A stretch of 13,314 nucleotides of DNA from a virus (lineage: Duplodnaviria > Heunggongvirae > Uroviricota > Caudoviricetes), in IMG/VR virus record IMGVR_UViG_2698536536_000004. One strand, written 5' to 3'. The notes beneath the pieces are model-generated. The model searched no databases. It was not told the DNA's origin and worked only from the letters and a program-made list of their open reading frames with translations. Below are positions 1 to 7,906 of this stretch, piece after piece (the stretch's first letter is position 1; each line of letters starts with the position of its first letter). Made by a program: the position numbers and the translations under genes.

Positions 1-155
1 CTAGATGTAGAACTGTGTGGTGACGGTCTTCCAGCTATTCGGCTCCTGCTGTATTGAAGCATACCAGGCTATTTCAATATCGCTATGCTGCGGCAGCATT
101 TAACCCCTTGTAATTCATTGCCATAATTGATTTAATTCACAAATAAAACTATAAC

Positions 156-824
156 ATGGTGAAATTAATGAAAAAAAACACAGATGATGGGGCTAAAATT
201 TACACACCACTTACCCTAAAGCTTTATGACTGGTGGGTTTTGGGAGTATCAAATCGGCTTGCATGGGGATGTCCTACAAAGGAACACCTTCTTCCACACT
301 TTCTGGAACATTTAGGTAACAACCATCTGGATATTGGTGTTGGAACTGGGTTTTACCTTACTCACGTACCTGAGAGTAGTCTGATATCTTTAATGGATTT
401 GAACGAAGCTAGCCTGAACGCGGCATCTACAAGGGCTGGGGAATCAAAAATTAAACATAAAATTAACCATGATGTTTTTGAACCTTATCCCGCGGCGTTA
501 CATGGTCAATTTGATTCCATTTCCATGTTTTACCTTCTTCACTGCCTGCCTGGAAATATATCTACAAAAAGCTGTGTAATACGCAATGCGGCGCAGGCCT
601 TAACTGACGATGGAACTCTATACGGAGCCACAATTCTTGGCGATGGAGTTGTGCACAATAGCTTCGGTCAAAAACTGATGCGCATTTACAATCAGAAAGG
701 CATCTTTTCAAACACAAAAGATTCCGAAGAAGGCTTAACACATATACTCTCAGAGCATTTCGAGAATGTTAAAACCAAGGTTCAAGGTACTGTAGTAATG
801 TTTTCCGCTTCAGGGAAAAAATAG
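156..824 (+). CDS. Class I SAM-dependent methyltransferase (ybcY-like prophage cargo gene)
   Basis: 222-aa ORF with a glycine-rich motif I (LDIGVGTGF) typical of Rossmann-fold SAM methyltransferases. No DPPY/NPPY or PCQ DNA-methyltransferase motifs are visible. M5 at 168 has the better SD (GGTGA) and may be the true start. AT-rich. Confidence 0.7.
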   Translation: MVKLMKKNTDDGAKIYTPLTLKLYDWWVLGVSNRLAWGCPTKEHLLPHFLEHLGNNHLDIGVGTGFYLTHVPESSLISLMDLNEASLNAASTRAGESKIKHKINHDVFEPYPAALHGQFDSISMFYLLHCLPGNISTKSCVIRNAAQALTDDGTLYGATILGDGVVHNSFGQKLMRIYNQKGIFSNTKDSEEGLTHILSEHFENVKTKVQGTVVMFSASGKK

Positions 825-1371
825 CATCCAACCGCAGCATGTTCTTGCATAAGGCGTGTCTGCGGTTTTTCAACTATTCAGATACATCACTCCCATCACA
901 TTCATTCCTCCGCATCATAGGCATATAGGCTATATCACCTTGATATTTTTCTTCTTCAGATAAAAACTGTTATCTATGTATACTTTTAAACCCAATCCGT
1001 GTAGAGTCTCTGCATAAGATAGTTTGCAGTTGCCACTTCAGCTTGCGCCATAAACCGCCTGATTTTTGCTGCCACCTGTTAGCATTCCTGTATACCTGAA
1101 ACGACAATGTTTATCTACGAACTTTAAGAACCCCCAGGATAAAAATTGTCAACTATATCATATATAACACATTACTAATTCGAGGCTATATGAACAGCAT
1201 ACTGATAATCACTTCGCTCCTTATCATATTCAGCATTTTTAGTCATGCGCTAATAAAATTAGGGATTGGCATATCCAATAACCCAGACAAAACCGATGTA
1301 TAAGTCAACATATCCTGAATCAGACATACAATATCGCAATGAAAATCAATAATATTTTAAGGAATATCTTC

Positions 1372-1605
1372 ATGAAATCAAAAGACACCCTAAAGTGGTT
1401 CCCTGCGCAGCTTCCTGAAGTAAGAATTATCCTAGGGGATGCTGTAGTGGAAGTAGCAAAACAGGGAAGACCTATCAATACCAGAACATTGCTTGATTAC
1501 ATTGAAGGAAACATAAAGAAAAAATCATGGCTGGATAACAAAGAATTATTACAAACAGCGATATCAGTTCTTAAAGACAACCAAAATTTAAATGGTAAAA
1601 TGTAA
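1372..1605 (+). CDS. ydfK: YdfK/YnaE-family small prophage protein (cold-shock-induced family in K-12 Qin/Rac)
   Basis: The ORF from M12 (MKSKDTLKWFPAQLPEVRIILGDAVVEVAKQGRPINTRTLLDYIEGNIKKKSWLDNKELLQTAISVLKDNQNLNGKM, 77 aa) matches my recollection of YdfK/YnaE. AAGGAA lies upstream of this ATG. The six-frame ORF starts earlier at 1339. Confidence 0.55.
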   Translation: MKSKDTLKWFPAQLPEVRIILGDAVVEVAKQGRPINTRTLLDYIEGNIKKKSWLDNKELLQTAISVLKDNQNLNGKM

Positions 1606-1921
1606 TATAATAAACTTACTTTTTTATCATTTTTCCACTTTAACAACATTTTGCTCCACTTTTCCACGACCAAACAACTTGAAATCTGGTTAAAATAACA
1701 CGCAACACTATTCTTCTTCCTTGAGTCCGCCCGGAACTCGAAAAACAAACCGAGTTAAAGCCATTTTTCACAAAATCGATTTTGGGTCTCACCAAAATTA
1801 CGGGGTTGCATACGCATTCGTTTATTTTCGAACGTGTACATACAAATATGCACAAAAATAATCATAATTATTTTCTGAGATGCATTATGATATGAACACC
1901 AATTTCGTATAGAGTCTCACT

Positions 1922-2512
1922 ATGTCTCAAATTTTTGCTTACTGTCGGATATCAACGCTGGATCAGACCACCGAAAATCAACGCCGGGAAATCGAAAGTG
2001 CAGGTTTTAAAATCAAACCTCAGCAAATAATCGAAGAACACATTAGCGGCTCAGCAGCAACCAGTGAGCGTCCTGGTTTTAACCGGTTGCTTGCTCGCCT
2101 GAAATGTGGTGATCAATTGATTGTGACAAAACTGGATCGCCTTGGTTGTAATGCAATGGATATCAGGAAAACAGTGGAACAACTGACCGAAACAGGTATC
2201 AGAGTGCATTGCTTAGCATTGGGGGGCATTGACCTGACCAGTCCAACAGGAAAAATGATGATGCAAGTAATTTCAGCAGTCGCTGAATTTGAACGAGACC
2301 TTTTACTTGAACGCACTCATTCCGGGATAGTAAGAGCCCGCGGCGCAGGGAAACGTTTTGGTCGACCACCTGTGTTAAATGAAGAACAGAAACAGGCGGT
2401 ATTCGAACGAATTAAGTCAGGTGTAAGTATAAGTGCCATTGCCCGGGAATTCAAAACCTCGCGGCAAACCATTTTAAGAGCCAAAGCAAAACTTCAGACA
2501 CCTGACATATAA
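1922..2512 (+). CDS. Small serine recombinase, resolvase/invertase family, with C-terminal HTH
   Basis: 196 aa. The N-terminal motif YCRISTLDQ fits the serine-recombinase catalytic motif Y-x-R-x-S-T-x-x-Q (putative nucleophile Ser11). The C-terminal GRPP...SISAIAREF region looks like an HTH DNA-binding domain. It lies next to tail-fibre remnants, as Pin-type invertases do, but the N-terminus differs from the canonical Gin/Pin MLIGYVRVST. Confidence 0.85.
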   Translation: MSQIFAYCRISTLDQTTENQRREIESAGFKIKPQQIIEEHISGSAATSERPGFNRLLARLKCGDQLIVTKLDRLGCNAMDIRKTVEQLTETGIRVHCLALGGIDLTSPTGKMMMQVISAVAEFERDLLLERTHSGIVRARGAGKRFGRPPVLNEEQKQAVFERIKSGVSISAIAREFKTSRQTILRAKAKLQTPDI

Positions 2513-2609
2513 AAAATAATCTCGGTGTGAGATGCTTTACGTCTTCCAAGCCCCCTTCCTTGCCGTAAATGGAAAGATACATCTAATTATAGAATTTATA
2601 TGTTTTACC

Positions 2610-2814
2610 CTACGGCAGTGCTGGCCATTCAATATCCTGTGCAGTTGACGTATCAACACGGTTCAGCAATACCCGATACTTTATCGGTACTGTTTGCTGG
2701 CAGACCTGTATGAGGCGGAATATATGCGTCACCTTCACCAATAAATTCATTAGTTCCGGCCAGCAGATTATAAATTTTTATGGTCCGTGGTTGTTCACTC
2801 ATTCTGAATGCCAT
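2610..2814 (-). pseudogene. Tail fibre assembly protein (Tfa) remnant with internal deletion and frameshift
   Basis: Manual translation from the ATG at 2814 gives [44 protein letters not shown], a Tfa N-terminus, then a stop after 53 codons. A second frame just downstream reads [23 protein letters not shown], a Tfa C-terminus, with the stop at 2610-2612. The roughly 120 codons between are missing. Confidence 0.6.
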
Positions 2815-4412
2815 TATGCAAGCCTCACAATATAGTTAAATGCGATGTTTTTGACGGTGTTTTCCGCGTTACCAGCAGCGTTAACGGTGATGGTGTGTCC
2901 ATGTGAACCAATCGCAACGGAGTGCGTATGAGCACCAATACCGACAGTATGCGCGTGTGCACCTGCAGATGCTGCTGTGCCGGACAGTGAATGGCTATGA
3001 TTACCATCTGTACTGGTATTCGCTAACCACCCCGTAGACATACCTACTGAGCCTTGTACACCCCAGGTATTTTGACCTGAGCTTGTATAACCATATTGAT
3101 AAGTATCTTTAAAAACACTGGGGTTAAATCGACGGCCATCTCTATGGCTGTGATTACCAGCTGCATTCGTGCTGCCACTTAAACTATGGGTATGCGCACC
3201 AGTGTTATTCGTGGATTTAGTGCCGTAATCAAACGACGATGTGGTTTTCGTCCCCAAATCTGTACTGGATGCGCTGGCGCTGTGGGTATGCGATTTAATG
3301 CCGTCCTGTTCCTGAGACAATACGGCCCGACCACTGGCAGGTTTGCCCTTAATCGTCCAGCCACGCATATCAGGGATCACGCCTGACGGATAAGCGGCTG
3401 CAAGTTTCGGGTAAGCAGATTTGTCAAAAGTCTGCCCCTGCATCAGGGCATAACCAGACGGAACGGTATCTGATGGCCACGGGATTGGTGCGCCGACTGG
3501 GTAGCTTTCTGGTGGAAGATTTTTCGAGGTATAAACTTCTGCCCAGTCATCCTCAAAACCATAACCGTCTCTTGAAGAACGGTAGAACAGACCACCATTT
3601 CTGTAATGCGCCTTCATCTGCAAGGTCCGGCAACTTCCGACTCCGGTATAGAAGTTAACCAGAATATAGCTGTCGCCAGAGCGGGTGACATTATAAGCGC
3701 CTGATTCGGCATTCCAGGGAACGCCACCATCCGCATCGGCATATGTATCCGTTGCCCTTCTGGCAAAAGCAGCCACATGCGCGGCGGTTAAAGTAATATC
3801 TTTGGAACCATCAAACTCAACACCAGAAACCCGTCTTGGCGTTTGCAGCTTTGTTGCTGTTAATGCATTACCGTTCAGACTTGCGGACAGTTTGGTTCCA
3901 ATAACCAGTTCGCCGGTTGCGTTATCAATAGCAAACGGTCTTAATGTATTCCAGCCACCATAAACATCACCTTGATTGGTAAGCAGCAGGTAAGTTTTAG
4001 CGCCATCATTACGCCATAATGCCCCATACTCCCCACCTATCATTCGAATCTGATTACCACCACGCGCTACAATTTCGTCTGTGGCAAAAAGTTTTTTGCA
4101 CGACAAGTTATCGTTAACGATTAACGAATGAGACTCATAAAAACCACGCCCACTCTTAAAATCAAGGATAACGTCCGCCGCGATACATTCAGTCGCCGGA
4201 TTTGTTGCCCCAAACTTATAGGTCGTATCATTAACAACGAGATCAGCACCAGGTGCGGATATTGACAGGCCATCTTCGATATCTTTGTATGGTATGTAGC
4301 TGACACCTTCCAGACCATCGTTACCACTTGGGCCAGTGATTAACACTGATGCTATAGCAATTGCTCCGCCACCAATAGCAGCAGCAACGGCTTTTCGTAA
4401 TGATGGAGGCAT
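2814..4412 (-). CDS. Chimeric ORF: SAR-endolysin N-terminus (~45 aa) fused in frame to a side tail fibre (Stf) distal region with an HxH-repeat tip
   Basis: 532 aa. The N-terminus [45 protein letters not shown] matches the Gly/Ala-rich signal-arrest-release domain of phage-21-type endolysin (RrrD/R21) as I recall it. The sequence then becomes beta-rich fibre-like and ends in seven HxH motifs and [11 protein letters not shown], typical of lambdoid Stf C-termini. The start overlaps the holin stop (TAATG), with GAGGTG upstream. Confidence 0.75.
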
Positions 4413-4627
4413 TATTCACCTCTCGCAGCCTTGCGCTTATCTTCTTTAATCTTGAAATAAAGGTTTGTCAGGTACGTCAGCAGGCCAAATACCAGGCTAC
4501 CCAGCACACCTATTGCTGCCCACTGTGAGGGCGTGACTTTATCGAGCAGCTGTAAAAACCAGTAACCGGCACTACCTGCTGAGGTGCCATAGGCGACACC
4601 CGTTGTTAACTTATCCATGGATTTCAT
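4412..4627 (-). CDS. essD: Phage-21-type class II holin (pinholin S21 family)
   Basis: From the internal Met the product is [71 protein letters not shown] (71 aa), with two predicted TM helices and the dual-start motif M-K-S-M. The SD GAGGTGGGG lies upstream of ATG 4627. The six-frame ORF extends to 4672, probably spuriously. Confidence 0.85.
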
Positions 4628-4754
4628 AACCCCACCTCGCAGACAAAGCGGGTGTAAATTGAGGGAATACAACGTATCGCAAAAAAGCAGAAACGTAACA
4701 GACTCGGAGTCAGTGAATAACTCAGGTATTGGGTTATCAGCTAATATCGAGACT

Positions 4755-4785
4755 CAAAAAATGGAAAAACCCGCTCGACGGCGGG
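4755..4785 (-). terminator. Intrinsic terminator in the late-operon leader (tR'-like), ~130 bp upstream of the holin
   Basis: The minus strand reads CCCGC-cgtcga-GCGGG followed by TTTTTCCATTTTTTG, a GC stem-loop plus U-tract. Its position upstream of S matches the lambdoid pR'-tR'-S arrangement. Confidence 0.5.
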
Positions 4786-4990
4786 TTTAAGCTGTGTGAC
4801 GAAGTAACCACTCTTAACAGCATAACCAATTTTTTACGTACGTAAACCACAAAATGATATTTGCGAGAATGCTACCGAGTATTGAAAACACCACTACAAA
4901 TACATAAGCAAATCTCAACAAATAACCAACAAATAATTTCCAGTGTTATTTTTAGCCGATTTAAATTGAACCTTCAAATTACAGAGCACT
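4786..4990 (-). promoter_or_regulatory. Probable late promoter (pR'-like) and Q-utilisation region; exact -35/-10 not resolved
   Basis: AT-rich leader immediately upstream of the tR'-like terminator. One candidate is TTGAAG-17 bp-TAAAAAT on the minus strand. This is inferred from lambdoid architecture, not from a clear consensus match. Confidence 0.25.
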
Positions 4991-5216
4991 TATAAATAAC
5001 AGCCGTTAATATAAATTGGCTAATAGATTTGTTTTTATTCAGCCAAGATCCATGAATAGGATTCGATAGAAAAAAGTTCAGATAAAAATAGAGATCTACT
5101 TCACAAATCAAACGAGAAACCAAAACTTACATCTTGAAATAATCACATTGATTAGATGAATATTTATCGCGCAGTGACATCATTTTTTAATAATAGTTCA
5201 AAAAAAAGGGCTCACG

Positions 5217-6299
5217 ATGAAAAAATTAACAGTGGCAATTTCTGCTGTAGCTGCATCAGTACTGATGGCGATGTCTGCTCAGGCAGCTGAAATTTATAAT
5301 AAAGACAGTAACAAGCTGGATCTATATGGGAAAGTTAATGCCAAGCACTACTTCTCCTCTAATGATGCAGATGATGGTGATACTACTTATGCCCGTCTTG
5401 GCTTCAAAGGTGAAACCCAAATCAACGATCAACTGACTGGTTTCGGTCAGTGGGAATATGAATTCAAAGGCAACCGCGCTGAATCTCAAGGCTCCTCCAA
5501 AGACAAAACCCGTCTTGCATTTGCAGGCCTGAAATTCGGGGACTACGGCTCAATCGATTACGGCCGTAACTACGGTGTAGCATATGACATCGGTGCGTGG
5601 ACTGACGTTCTGCCAGAATTCGGTGGCGATACCTGGACCCAAACAGATGTGTTCATGACTGGTCGCACCACTGGTGTTGCAACTTATCGTAACAACGACT
5701 TCTTTGGTCTGGTTGATGGTCTGAACTTTGCTGCTCAGTATCAGGGTAAAAATGACCGCACTGACGTAACTGAAGCTAATGGTGATGGTTTCGGTTTCTC
5801 CACTACTTATGAGTATGAAGGATTCGGTGTAGGTGCAACCTATGCTAAATCTGACCGCACTAATAATCAGGTTATCTACGGTAACAACAGCCTGAATGCA
5901 TCTGGTCAAAATGCTGAAGTATGGGCAGCTGGTCTGAAATATGATGCGAACAACATCTATCTGGCTACCACCTATTCTGAAACCCAGAACATGACTGTTT
6001 TTGGTAATAACCATATTGCCAACAAAGCACAAAACTTCGAAGTAGTTGCACAATATCAGTTCGACTTCGGTCTGCGTCCGTCCGTTGCTTACCTGCAATC
6101 TAAAGGAAAAGACTTGGGTGCGTGGGGTGATCAGGACCTGGTTGAATATATTGATGTAGGTGCAACCTATTACTTCAACAAAAATATGTCCACTTTTGTT
6201 GATTACAAAATCAACCTGATTGATAAGAGCGATTTCACGAAAGCATCTGGCGTTGCTACCGATGATATCGTTGCTGTAGGTATGGTTTACCAGTTCTAA
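5217..6299 (+). CDS. nmpC: Outer membrane porin, OmpC/OmpF/PhoE family (prophage-encoded NmpC/Lc type), apparently intact
   Basis: 360 aa with signal peptide [29 protein letters not shown], the characteristic porin N-terminus, and C-terminal ...VAVGMVYQF ending in Phe. The SD AAGGG is present. Its position and orientation relative to Q and the holin match DLP12 nmpC. Confidence 0.9.
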   Translation: MKKLTVAISAVAASVLMAMSAQAAEIYNKDSNKLDLYGKVNAKHYFSSNDADDGDTTYARLGFKGETQINDQLTGFGQWEYEFKGNRAESQGSSKDKTRLAFAGLKFGDYGSIDYGRNYGVAYDIGAWTDVLPEFGGDTWTQTDVFMTGRTTGVATYRNNDFFGLVDGLNFAAQYQGKNDRTDVTEANGDGFGFSTTYEYEGFGVGATYAKSDRTNNQVIYGNNSLNASGQNAEVWAAGLKYDANNIYLATTYSETQNMTVFGNNHIANKAQNFEVVAQYQFDFGLRPSVAYLQSKGKDLGAWGDQDLVEYIDVGATYYFNKNMSTFVDYKINLIDKSDFTKASGVATDDIVAVGMVYQF

Positions 6300-6462
6300 T
6301 TTGATTACTAAAAGATATGTTGCGGGAGGCTTTGCCTCCCCAACATATAAGTGGCTCCCTCAAGCCACTTCCTTTAGGAGCACAACCTTGCTTCTAACTA
6401 TATAAACCTTCTGTTATATATTACCCTTTATTTTTGGGGGCGTTGCAACGCCCCATTTTTAA
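6300..6462 (+). ncRNA. ipeX: Candidate IpeX-like small RNA in the structured nmpC 3' region
   Basis: The ~160 nt after the nmpC stop contains three hairpins: ATATGTTGCGGGAGGC/GCCTCCCCAACATAT, AAGTGGCT/AGCCACTT, and a terminal GGGGCGTTG/CAACGCCCC plus U-tract. I recall a DLP12 sRNA (IpeX) encoded at the 3' end of nmpC, but the exact boundaries are not verified. Confidence 0.35.
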
Positions 6463-6470
6463 TAATTTTT
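6436..6470 (+). terminator. Rho-independent terminator downstream of nmpC
   Basis: Perfect 18-bp palindrome GGGGCGTTGCAACGCCCC followed by ATTTTTAATAATTTTT on the plus strand. Confidence 0.65.
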
Positions 6471-6487
6471 AGTAAACAATTGGCATA

Positions 6488-6871
6488 TTAATTAGAGTTA
6501 TTAACAACGATATCCATCTCTAACCGGATATCTAATGCCATTAACATCCCTTCAATTATGCCCTCAGCCTTCTGTAACCTTTTCCCGATATAACCATCAG
6601 AGCAGCAATGCTTACCTGCCAGTGACATGAATGTCATACCGACTACATAATAATCTACTAATAAATCGTGCAAATCGCTGTTGTTCTTTTTCAGACGGGC
6701 CATGCACCCGCAAATAATCATCGCGTCATCGTCACAACATTGCGGGCGAGATTTTACTTTTGAAGTAATTAATCCCTTAAAACCGGCGGCAATGGACGAC
6801 CAGGTCACATCTTCATGATTATTAGCCGCCCACGCTCCCCAACGCTCAAGAACCATCTGAATATCACGCAT
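6488..6871 (-). CDS. quuD: Late-gene antiterminator Q (phage 82/21 type)
   Basis: The product [31 protein letters not shown]...[18 protein letters not shown]... (127 aa from the internal Met) matches my recollection of DLP12 QuuD. Cysteine clusters suggest a zinc-binding Q. The six-frame ORF starts five codons earlier at 6886. Confidence 0.85.
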   Translation of the reverse strand: MRDIQMVLERWGAWAANNHEDVTWSSIAAGFKGLITSKVKSRPQCCDDDAMIICGCMARLKKNNSDLHDLLVDYYVVGMTFMSLAGKHCCSDGYIGKRLQKAEGIIEGMLMALDIRLEMDIVVNNSN

Positions 6872-6956
6872 CAACTTACTCCACAAAACTCAGACCAGAA
6901 CGCCAATTACAAGCAAAAATCAACAAAACAGTATTAGTTGATTGTTATCTCTGACT

Positions 6957-7097
6957 TCATACTCCTGCTCCTGTCAGTGTTTTGGCGTAATTCTTCAGTA
7001 TTCGGTAATCGGTCAAAACAGAGCCGGGGAAACGATATAAGCGCAGACGCCCCCAGCGGTGGCGAAGAAGTTCTGCCATATTAAACTCAAACATCAT
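6957..7097 (-). CDS. ylcG: Small conserved nin-region protein YlcG (46 aa)
   Basis: Manual translation gives [46 protein letters not shown]. The start ATG overlaps the rusA stop (ATGATGA). It is below the ORF-track length cutoff. Confidence 0.5.
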   Translation of the reverse strand: MMFEFNMAELLRHRWGRLRLYRFPGSVLTDYRILKNYAKTLTGAGV

Positions 7098-7456
7098 TCA
7101 TTCCCCATTTCGGTGATGGTCAGTTCCAGCCTCCCACCTTTGGTAACAGGCATCTTCACAACGCGGTAATCAACGACCTGAGCATCATCCAGCCAGAAAC
7201 CTGCTTTAGTGAGTGCGTCAAAAGCGGCTTTTTGCAGATTATCCAGGTCACGGCGACGGCGATCCGGCATGTGGCACTCAATGCGGATTTTCACAGGCAT
7301 AGCCAGGCCGATATCCAGCATTGCGTTTTTAATGATTCGGGCGACGTTATCGCGGTATGCCTGCCCCTCTGCGCTGACGTGCGTGCGCCCGCGATTATGG
7401 CGGTAATAGCGATTATTGCTCGGAGGCCAGGGTAATGTGATGCTGTAGGTATTCAC
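7094..7456 (-). CDS. rusA: Holliday junction resolvase RusA
   Basis: The 120-aa product [42 protein letters not shown]... matches RusA as recalled. The start overlaps the ybcO stop (ATGA). Confidence 0.9.
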   Translation of the reverse strand: MNTYSITLPWPPSNNRYYRHNRGRTHVSAEGQAYRDNVARIIKNAMLDIGLAMPVKIRIECHMPDRRRRDLDNLQKAAFDALTKAGFWLDDAQVVDYRVVKMPVTKGGRLELTITEMGNE

Positions 7457-7743
7457 GCCTTAATAACCCCCTCTTTCAGCCAGATAACCTGTGTTCTCGC
7501 CATACCTTCCAGCGCGCATTCTTTTGCATATGCAGCATCGACAAAATGTGTGCGGCGGTCGATTTCGTCGTGGCAGGCAGAACATGCAATGGTGGCAATC
7601 AGGTCTGGCGGTTTGGTACCGGTGCCGCACAATCCAGTCAGCCGGATATGTGCCAGTACAGACGTTTCAGGGTTGCCATTACATACGCCAGGGATTCTTA
7701 CCTGGCATTCCCGACTACGCGCTGCTTTTCTCAAATCAGCCAT
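7453..7743 (-). CDS. ybcO: DUF1364-family putative nuclease (YbcO)
   Basis: From the internal Met: [64 protein letters not shown]... (96 aa), cysteine-rich. The start overlaps the ninE 3' end by 8 nt. The six-frame ORF starts at 7782. Confidence 0.75.
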   Translation of the reverse strand: MADLRKAARSRECQVRIPGVCNGNPETSVLAHIRLTGLCGTGTKPPDLIATIACSACHDEIDRRTHFVDAAYAKECALEGMARTQVIWLKEGVIKA

Positions 7744-7906
7744 GATTCCTCCTTGCTGCCAGTCGCAACCATTTTTTATCAACCAGGCTGGCGGTATATC
7801 CGAGCAGTGTTGGTATTTCGGAAGGCTTCAGCTCCGGTTTACGCTTACGACGATCTGGTACTCTGTAGATGTGTCCGTTCATGACACGAATAAGCGGTGT
7901 AGCCAT
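7736..7906 (-). CDS. ninE: NinE-family small protein (56 aa)
   Basis: Manual translation gives [56 protein letters not shown]. The start overlaps the ybcN stop (TAATG). It is below the ORF-track cutoff. Confidence 0.7.
   Translation of the reverse strand: MATPLIRVMNGHIYRVPDRRKRKPELKPSEIPTLLGYTASLVDKKWLRLAARRNHG

Noticed and set aside
1-155. 31-codon minus-strand ORF ending at the window start (MLPQHSDIEIAWYASIQQEPNSWKTVTTQFYI)
   Set aside because: Too short and unrecognised, with no clear RBS; it might be a fibre-assembly fragment, but that cannot be supported from the sequence alone.
1745-1765. gix/hix-like invertase crossover site (AAACCGAG core)
   Set aside because: Only the central AAACC-GA-G portion resembles gix; the flanking half-sites match poorly, so the similarity is probably chance.
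1497-1855. Minus-strand ORFs 1497-1748 and 1640-1855
   Set aside because: AT-rich intergenic or antisense sequence overlapping the ydfK-like gene and the recombinase upstream region; no SD, and the products are low-complexity.
2825-4327. Short ORFs on either strand inside the 532-aa chimera (2825-3007, 3179-3364, 3186-3386, 3473-3658, 4121-4327)
   Set aside because: Contained within the long fibre-like ORF, whose frame is supported by recognisable N- and C-terminal sequence; the nested ORFs are frame shadows.
5550-6098. 182-aa minus-strand ORF
   Set aside because: Lies entirely inside and antisense to the well-supported porin gene nmpC; a shadow ORF.
5217-6299. IS5 insertion in nmpC, as in E. 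coli K-12
   Set aside because: The porin ORF is continuous and full length, and no transposase-like ORF or IS terminal repeats were seen anywhere in the window.
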